From positions 1 through 19,577 of IMG/VR virus record IMGVR_UViG_3300036846_000255: a stretch of 19,577 nucleotides of DNA. One strand, written 5' to 3'. Below, piece by piece: positions 14,373 through 19,577 of this stretch. A model generated the notes under the pieces. The model was not told the origin of the DNA, searched no databases, and worked only from the letters and a program-made list of their open reading frames with translations. A program made the position numbers and the translations under genes. The DNA is from a virus. Position 1 is the first letter of the stretch, and the number at the start of each line of letters is the position of its first letter.

Positions 14373-15806
14373 CTAGTATGCGATAATGTCTGTTAAAGCA
14401 GCATTACCAATCGGTTTTAGTGTAGCTGTACGCTTAGAAATATCAATCTCTAGTACGTGGAAACCTGCTTGTGTATTCGTACCAACTTTATTAGAGTCTG
14501 CTGGATAAGCCTGACGTAAACTAATAATGTTGAAAGCTTGCAGTGTTCCTTTAGGTGATACACGGTCTAAGTGTAAATGTCCATGTGCATAACCGATGAA
14601 TTTAGATGTTTCACGAGCTTCAAAAGCTGCCATGATATCCACTAAACGTTGTCCGTTCTTCATTTTTGTTACGTCTAAATCATGATGACCCATGACTAGG
14701 ATATTGTAGTTTGCTTCTAGTGTTGTAAGTTGTCCTTCCAAGAAGTTTAATTGAGCTTCACCCACTCCACTATCAAAAGATAGCATTTCTTGGTAAGTTA
14801 AGTCCATTGTATTCAACCATACAATAGCTACTTGTTGGTTAGGAATTTTGTGTGTTCCATAAGGTGCATTACCGTAAATCTTAGATAATTCTGTTGCTGT
14901 TAGGATCTCTTTCTCATGTCTAGCCTTACCATCACGTAAATAAGGAAGTCCACCAATGTCATGGTTACCAATTAACATGAATGTGTCGACTGGTTCGTTC
15001 ATTACCAAAGCGTTTGCTACTTTACGAGCTGCTGTTAAGTTAGAGTATTTCACACGTTCTGGTGGAATGACTGCAGCGTTGTCTGTTACCTGACCGTTAA
15101 TACCATCCATGTTATCACCCATATAAAACACTGAGTGAGTTTCACGAGCGACATCTTGAATGTTGTGAATAGAATCGTAATACTGGCGAGAACTAAAACC
15201 GTTGATATCTGTTCTTAAATGAATGTCAGTTACAAGTGTTAAGTTTGTGATGTTAGGGTCATTTTTTACTAACTGGTTCTTCACTTGTTGTTGATTACTT
15301 TGAGTAACTAAATCTGTGTTGTATTGATTAAAACCACCAATCATTACAGTAGAACCGTCTACATTGATTTCATCAACTCGGTCAATTAATGTTCCTACGT
15401 GTTCATCTAATTTGTAAATCATTGCGTACAAATCTTTAACGAACAATCCATCTTCTTTAGCTTCTACAGCATTTTGTAGTTCCATTAAAAGTGGTTTAGG
15501 TAGTAAACTGTTTAATTGTGCGTCTCCTGTAGCTGCTGAAATTAAGACATCTGCTTTAATTTTAATGACCTCTTCTAAATCGAAATTAGGGTCTAATTCA
15601 GCGATGAAATCTCCAATCTTAGTTAAATCTACAGTGTTTGTGTCTTCTACTTCTACATCCCGGTTAATTAAACGTGCCACTAATTTCATTACACTATCTA
15701 ATTGTTCATTGATAGCACCTAAATATTCTAAATAGCTCTCTGCATTTGTAGTGAAGTCTTGTTTGATGTTGTAGTTAGGGTTACCAAATCTAGATAAGTT
15801 ATACAT
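14373..15806 (-). CDS. Tail-module protein with a calcineurin-like metallophosphoesterase domain
   Basis: All five MPE motifs occur in order: D194-I-H196, G230-D-NM-D234, G280-N-H-D283, GHH (H374/H375) and G409-H-L-H412, plus an EAQLNFLEGQL helix. The N-terminal ~185 aa are unassigned. The gene lies directly after the lower collar gene, where phi29 has gp12. SD is AAGGAGAG. Confidence 0.8.
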   Translation of the reverse strand: MYNLSRFGNPNYNIKQDFTTNAESYLEYLGAINEQLDSVMKLVARLINRDVEVEDTNTVDLTKIGDFIAELDPNFDLEEVIKIKADVLISAATGDAQLNSLLPKPLLMELQNAVEAKEDGLFVKDLYAMIYKLDEHVGTLIDRVDEINVDGSTVMIGGFNQYNTDLVTQSNQQQVKNQLVKNDPNITNLTLVTDIHLRTDINGFSSRQYYDSIHNIQDVARETHSVFYMGDNMDGINGQVTDNAAVIPPERVKYSNLTAARKVANALVMNEPVDTFMLIGNHDIGGLPYLRDGKARHEKEILTATELSKIYGNAPYGTHKIPNQQVAIVWLNTMDLTYQEMLSFDSGVGEAQLNFLEGQLTTLEANYNILVMGHHDLDVTKMKNGQRLVDIMAAFEARETSKFIGYAHGHLHLDRVSPKGTLQAFNIISLRQAYPADSNKVGTNTQAGFHVLEIDISKRTATLKPIGNAALTDIIAY

Positions 15807-15819
15807 TTATTTCTCTCCT

Positions 15820-16497
15820 TTACCAAGTTTGAAGGAAGCAACGACGATCATATTCATTGAAGTAGCTTTCCCACAATCCTTGTAGTTTTTTGAATGTCTC
15901 AGCATTGTAGCTGGTGTTTGATGTTTCTGAGTGTCCTGTAGCTGTTGTGTTACCAATGTCTTCCCTTTTAGATTTAGATACGGAATTATCATCAGCATAA
16001 GCTAAATCATTCTTATCTAAGTTCAAATTCACTTGATCTTGAGGGAGAGTGGTGTTAGCACTTCTGTCACTACTTGTAGAATTGTTGTTCGACTGGTTCT
16101 TATTACTTGAGTCTGAGATTGATTTGTTTTCGTTTGCTAAAGCAGAATTGAAGTTGTGATAGATAGCTTCTATTTCTTGTTCATGAATGAGTGAAGTGTA
16201 AACAACTTGAGAAGCAAAGTCCTCTAAAGTTTGTCTACCAATCTCTCTATTTAAGAACCTTAATGTGAAAGCTTTTTTGAAGAACTCATCAACTTCTGGA
16301 GTAGGGAATTGATAATCAGCGAAAAATTCTTCTGTTACAATTCTAGCAATGTCAGAATCAAAACGTAATGCTTTTTGAATAAATCGATAATCTTTGTTGT
16401 TACCTGTGTACTGATTACCGTTAAAGAACTCATTCTTCCCCTCCTTTATCAAGCTTGCTCGCAATACTTGCATTAATGAGACTGTTGTTGCCCCCAT
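15820..16497 (-). CDS. Lower collar protein, phi29 gp11-like
   Basis: It lies directly after the portal gene. The pattern FFKKAFTLRFLNREIGRQTLEDF resembles lower-collar proteins of small podoviruses, followed by an S/N-rich central loop. ATG 16497 has AAGGAGG 8 nt upstream; the alternatives 16518 and 16473 lack an SD. Confidence 0.6.
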   Translation of the reverse strand: MGATTVSLMQVLRASLIKEGKNEFFNGNQYTGNNKDYRFIQKALRFDSDIARIVTEEFFADYQFPTPEVDEFFKKAFTLRFLNREIGRQTLEDFASQVVYTSLIHEQEIEAIYHNFNSALANENKSISDSSNKNQSNNNSTSSDRSANTTLPQDQVNLNLDKNDLAYADDNSVSKSKREDIGNTTATGHSETSNTSYNAETFKKLQGLWESYFNEYDRRCFLQTW

Positions 16498-17452
16498 CGT
16501 CAGAACCTCCTTGCTCATTCATTACTGTTAATGTGCTAATTGCGTTGTCATCAAACAGTGGGTGGATTTCATAACCATATCGTTTATTAATTAAACGACA
16601 AGCATTGTTTCTTGATGTTAGATAAATATTACCGTTAGCAGTTGTATAAGATTTACCAGAATTACTTTCTCCTTCTGATACACCACTTTCTTTATCTACT
16701 CCTAAAGTTGAGAAACCTAGAATAGAGTTTAGTTCGTTTAACGTGTTTTGATACTCACGTTTTAATTCAGCTAACATACCTCCAACGTTAGAGTTGTTCC
16801 ATTCTTTGATGTGTTCGTCTGGATCAAAGTGTCCAGTAACTTTAGTGATAGGAGAACCATTATAAAGACTTTCAGCGATGTTGTTCACTGTTTGGTCATT
16901 AGGCTCACCGATTAAGAATGTACTGATTTTAGCTTGCATTTTAAGAGAGTAACGAGATAAAACAATTTCAGCTAATTCATTTGTATAGTGTTGGATGATT
17001 TCCATATCACTATTGTAAGCTAGTGTTTTATTTCTAAAAACAACAAAGTTACCACTTTGAGCGTTGTCTACGTCTGTAATTTCTTTCATACGTGGTAAAC
17101 GTAATTCTTTAGGGATAACCCATTGAATGTCTTTACCTCTTAAAGGTTTAGCTGCTAGAATGTTTGCGGGGTCAGAAGGTGTCATACGTTGTTTAGATAC
17201 ACCTAACACTCTGATTTGTCCTAAAGCTGTTTCACCTACAATAACATCATAGTTGTTTCTTAGCATCACTTCCACTTTTAACCAATCTACTGCTGGTAGT
17301 TGGTCTGCATTGTAGTATTTAATTGTTGAGGGTAATAGTTCAAGATAACGAGAATAGAAAATGCGGGCAAATCGATTTCTATGATTTACTACCCGCACGT
17401 CTATTTTCTCAGAGAGTTCTTGTTCTATACCCATATTCATGGGTTCAAACAT
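16430..17452 (-). CDS. Portal / upper collar (connector) protein, phi29 gp10-like
   Basis: Several collinear matches to gp10 as I recall it. NRFARIFYSRYLELL matches NRWFIHYLNYLQSLA. NELAEIVLS...QAK matches AELAELKEIISVNQNAQK. LGF...ESGVSEGESNSG....NGNIYLTSRNNACRLINKRYGYEI matches LGI...ERMVTDEVSSND....[24 protein letters not shown]. SD is AGGAGG. Confidence 0.88.
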   Translation of the reverse strand: MFEPMNMGIEQELSEKIDVRVVNHRNRFARIFYSRYLELLPSTIKYYNADQLPAVDWLKVEVMLRNNYDVIVGETALGQIRVLGVSKQRMTPSDPANILAAKPLRGKDIQWVIPKELRLPRMKEITDVDNAQSGNFVVFRNKTLAYNSDMEIIQHYTNELAEIVLSRYSLKMQAKISTFLIGEPNDQTVNNIAESLYNGSPITKVTGHFDPDEHIKEWNNSNVGGMLAELKREYQNTLNELNSILGFSTLGVDKESGVSEGESNSGKSYTTANGNIYLTSRNNACRLINKRYGYEIHPLFDDNAISTLTVMNEQGGSDDGGNNSLINASIASKLDKGGEE

Positions 17453-17474
17453 GTAGTAACCTCCTATTTAATTG

Positions 17475-18647
17475 TTAGTCCGCAGATGGACCAGTGATAA
17501 GAATCTTGTTGTAGAAAGGTGAGATTGCTTTCATTGAGTAATAGTGAATCCAGTGAGTTACTTCATCAAACTCTGGGTTGTAGAAAGGTTCTTTCAACAT
17601 TCCTTTAGTGTAACGGTTGTATTTGATAGCATCCAAGTCAAAGATGTAAGCCCACAAATCAGAAGAAGGTTTGATTTCTTCAAATTTAGCAGCATCCTCA
17701 GCCGGTAAGAACTCATTAACATCAAATGTTACTACAGACCCTTTAGGGATGATGTCAGTTGCTGTTGTTTGGTAATCACCTAACTCGCGGAAAGCTTGAA
17801 CAGCTGCAGCTGATAAAGTAGTATCTTCAATTGCGCGGAACGCTCCACCTAAATCTTCAAAAGAGATAATGCGTTTAGAGATGTCGATACCTTCAGAAGC
17901 AAAAGTGTTAGCGAGCTTAGTGTTAAGCAAGTAAGCTTTCATAGCGTCTGTTGTTAAGATAGCAATCTTAGACAATTTAGAAACAGTAGTGTAGCGAGCG
18001 ATAGCTCCACCGGAAGCTAAGCGAGCTTCATTGTATTTGTCTGAGTTGTTTTGCAAGTTCATCAATGCTTCAGCGATTTTGTTGAACAAGTCTTCTTCAG
18101 ATGTTGCAGAACGACGAGCTTTAGCAGGTGTTACGTTCTCAGCGTAATCGACTAACATAGCTTTGATTTGACGTTCTTCATCAACGTTGATATCAGAAAT
18201 TTTCTTTTTGTAAACTCCAATAGCGTATTTAACTCCATCAGATAATTTAGCAAAGTTCATACGTTGGTCATTGTTGTTAAGAGTGAATTTCATCTTACGC
18301 ATGATACCAGGTCCGTATAATTTAGTAATCATTTGTGGGTAGTTACGTTTAAGCATAAGAGCTTCATCTTTACTTAAATCCATAGTTGTTGGAATTGTAT
18401 CACGGATTACGTACTCTTCTGAGTATTGTCCTACAAAGTCAACTTCTTTAGCTAACCATTCAAATGAGTTACCTAGTGCTGCTTGAATCAAAGCTGTTTC
18501 GTTTAATTTAGGGAATAAGAATTTGTTAATGAAAGTTTCAAATTCAGTTCCTACAGAAGACCAGTTAGTACCTAATGTCCATGCTCGTCCTTGTGTGTGG
18601 TTATAATCTTGTAATGCTTGTGCAATATTCGTTCCTAATGTTCCCAT
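17475..18647 (-). CDS. Major capsid protein
   Basis: 390 aa, with a strong SD (AGGAGG). It is placed between the scaffold-like gene and the portal gene, as in phi29-type late operons. I see no motif-level proof by eye. Confidence 0.7.
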   Translation of the reverse strand: MGTLGTNIAQALQDYNHTQGRAWTLGTNWSSVGTEFETFINKFLFPKLNETALIQAALGNSFEWLAKEVDFVGQYSEEYVIRDTIPTTMDLSKDEALMLKRNYPQMITKLYGPGIMRKMKFTLNNNDQRMNFAKLSDGVKYAIGVYKKKISDINVDEERQIKAMLVDYAENVTPAKARRSATSEEDLFNKIAEALMNLQNNSDKYNEARLASGGAIARYTTVSKLSKIAILTTDAMKAYLLNTKLANTFASEGIDISKRIISFEDLGGAFRAIEDTTLSAAAVQAFRELGDYQTTATDIIPKGSVVTFDVNEFLPAEDAAKFEEIKPSSDLWAYIFDLDAIKYNRYTKGMLKEPFYNPEFDEVTHWIHYYSMKAISPFYNKILITGPSAD

Positions 18648-18648
18648 A

Positions 18649-18813
18649 TTATTCTGCTCCTCCTACGTTGTGGATTTTGTTTTCGTACTCATCACGTGAT
18701 GATGGGTCAATGCTCATTTCTGGTGTTAATTGTGGTGTTTTGTCAAACTTAATATCGCTTCCAGCTCCTTTAGTGAAAGACTTAAGTTCGTGTGCTTGTA
18801 AAATTTCTTCCAT
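18649..18813 (-). CDS. Hypothetical 54-aa protein between the scaffold-like gene and the capsid gene (below the ORF-track cutoff)
   Basis: ATG 18813 has AAGGAGAG 7 nt upstream. Manual translation gives MEEILQAHELKSFTKGAGSDIKFDKTPQLTPEMSIDPSSRDEYENKIHNVGGAE, with its stop 1 nt before the capsid ATG. Confidence 0.55.
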   Translation of the reverse strand: MEEILQAHELKSFTKGAGSDIKFDKTPQLTPEMSIDPSSRDEYENKIHNVGGAE

Positions 18814-18826
18814 ATTATTTCTCTCC

Positions 18827-19153
18827 TTATAGGTCTAATAGTTTTTCGATGTCTTCTGGGTCTTCTTGAGCAGGTGCTTCCTCTTGTGGTGCTTGCTCTG
18901 GTTGTTGTGGTTCTGGTTCTGGTTCTGGTTGAATTGTAGATAGTGCGTCAACTTGTGCTTGCAGTTGTTTGACTAATGCCATAACTTCTTCAATGCTAGC
19001 TGCTTCACCTACATCCTCAACAGGTGGATTAGCAATTTCCTCTGATACTGGTTCAGGTTCAACTGGTAATTCAGGTTCTGCTTTTGGTTCTTCTTGTTTA
19101 GGTTCTTTATCTTCAACATCATCAACAAGTTTGTTTGTTTCTTCATCTGCCAT
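18827..19153 (-). CDS. Putative scaffolding protein (108 aa, extremely acidic, P/E-rich arms around one amphipathic helix)
   Basis: It is the first gene of the structural operon, upstream of the capsid gene as with phi29 gp7. I set the start at 19153 because AGGAGG lies 7 nt upstream; the track's 19204 start lacks an SD. The central helix is ASIEEVMALVKQLQAQVDAL. Confidence 0.55.
   Translation of the reverse strand: MADEETNKLVDDVEDKEPKQEEPKAEPELPVEPEPVSEEIANPPVEDVGEAASIEEVMALVKQLQAQVDALSTIQPEPEPEPQQPEQAPQEEAPAQEDPEDIEKLLDL
18909..18930. repeat. Hexanucleotide microsatellite (GGTTCT)x3 plus GGTT inside the scaffold-like gene
   Basis: Direct read. It encodes the PEPEPEP run on the minus strand. 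Confidence 0.9.
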
Positions 19154-19296
19154 TAAAACACCTCCTAAAAATAAATTGAGCAGTTTAACGTCATGTTGTA
19201 CCATACTTGCTCAGGACGTGTATGTAAGAGAGAGGTTTATCAAGTAAAGGTTAGTCACTAACGATGAGTGCTGTTTGGTTTAGTACCTCTCTCACT
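19154..19296 (-). other. Long (~140 nt) structured 5' leader of the structural operon
   Basis: The region between the predicted transcription start and the scaffold ATG holds a 9-bp long-range stem: gagagaggt at 19228-19236 pairs with acctctctc at 19285-19293. This stem encloses a 13-bp dyad, GTTAGTcACTAAC (19250..19262). A second 5-bp helix (acgtc/gacgt) lies nearer the SD. Confidence 0.4.
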
Positions 19297-19302
19297 AAAA
19301 TA

Positions 19303-19331
19303 AGTATAACATGATAGTATATTATATGCAA
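19303..19331 (-). promoter_or_regulatory. Promoter of the structural/lysis arm
   Basis: The minus strand reads TTGCAT (19331-19326), a 17-bp spacer, then extended -10 TGtTATACT with TATACT at 19308-19303. Confidence 0.7.
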
Positions 19332-19366
19332 GTGTTTTATTCATTAAAATGTAAAAAGATTTCAAT

Positions 19367-19527
19367 AAGAGTTTCATGAGAACCCAGGTGCTGTGAATTC
19401 AGTTAGAAATTAATTAGAGTTTCATGAGAACCCAGGTGCTGTGAATTCAGTTAGAAATTAATTAGAGTTTCATGAGAACCCAGGTGCTGTGAATACGGTT
19501 AGAAATTAATTAGAGTTTCATGAGAAC
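19367..19527. repeat. Right subterminal tandem array of three exact-period 48-nt iterons plus a truncated fourth
   Basis: The units are 19480..19527, 19432..19479 and 19384..19431, in reverse-complement orientation to the left array. A stub (aagagtttcatgagaac) lies at 19367..19383. The two inner units carry the ctgaattc variant seen in left copy 3. Confidence 0.95.
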
Positions 19528-19577
19528 TTTCGTTAACTGGGGTGGGGGGTCTAGGTTAACGAGGGGTTCACCTCTAT
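19479..19577. repeat. Right inverted terminal repeat (ITR), perfectly matching core
   Basis: It is the exact reverse complement of nt 1..99. Confidence 0.97.

Noticed and set aside
15807-15998. - strand 63-aa ORF (also 10086..10280 and 12801..13019) overlapping larger - strand genes in another frame.
   Set aside because: They are completely nested within the lower collar, endolysin and fibre genes respectively, and lack ribosome-binding sites. There is no slippery sequence to suggest frameshifting.
19332-19366. A possible additional gene or RNA between the right promoter and the right repeat array.
   Set aside because: The stretch is only ~35 nt of A/T-rich sequence with no ORF or stem. It is more likely an UP-element-like region of the - arm promoter.
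1-19577. The inverted terminal repeats could mark a transposon or IS-like mobile element.
   Set aside because: There is no transposase or integrase. The content between the repeats is a full phi29-type virion, replication and lysis gene set including a protein-primed polymerase. The ITRs are best explained as the ends of a linear phage genome.

Overview
The window appears to be a complete linear genome (19,577 bp) of a small phi29-like podovirus that replicates by protein priming, from an AT-rich Gram-positive host. The host genus cannot be determined from sequence alone. The first 99 nt are the exact reverse complement of the last 99 nt. Each inverted terminal repeat (ITR) runs into a tandem array of ~48-nt units, with 4 copies on the left and 3 plus a stub on the right. 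Two gene arms converge on a GC-rich bidirectional terminator at ~9.83 kb. The + arm (299..9786) has several near-consensus sigma-A-type promoters. It encodes small early proteins, a bacterial-type SSB, a DUF3310 protein, a gp16-like encapsidation ATPase and a 780-aa family-B protein-primed DNA polymerase with all Exo and Pol motifs. It also carries a string of translationally coupled micro-genes ending in a possible HTH protein, an HNH/NUMOD4 homing endonuclease and a 666-aa multidomain tail-type peptidoglycan hydrolase. The - arm (19153..9856) runs from one promoter and a ~140-nt leader. Its genes in order are scaffold-like acidic protein, 54-aa protein, major capsid, portal (upper collar), lower collar, a metallophosphoesterase protein in the position of the phi29 gp12 appendage, two fibre-like proteins, gp9-like tail knob, BhlA-like holin and Amidase_2 endolysin. 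The points most worth follow-up are the iteron-containing ITRs, a TGACATATATGTCA palindrome present three times at promoter or leader positions, and the palindrome-controlled small-gene operon ending in an HTH gene (acr/aca-like layout). Also notable are the metallophosphoesterase tail protein and the lack of any recognisable terminal protein gene or pRNA. All functional calls rest on motif and architecture recognition by eye, because no searches were run.
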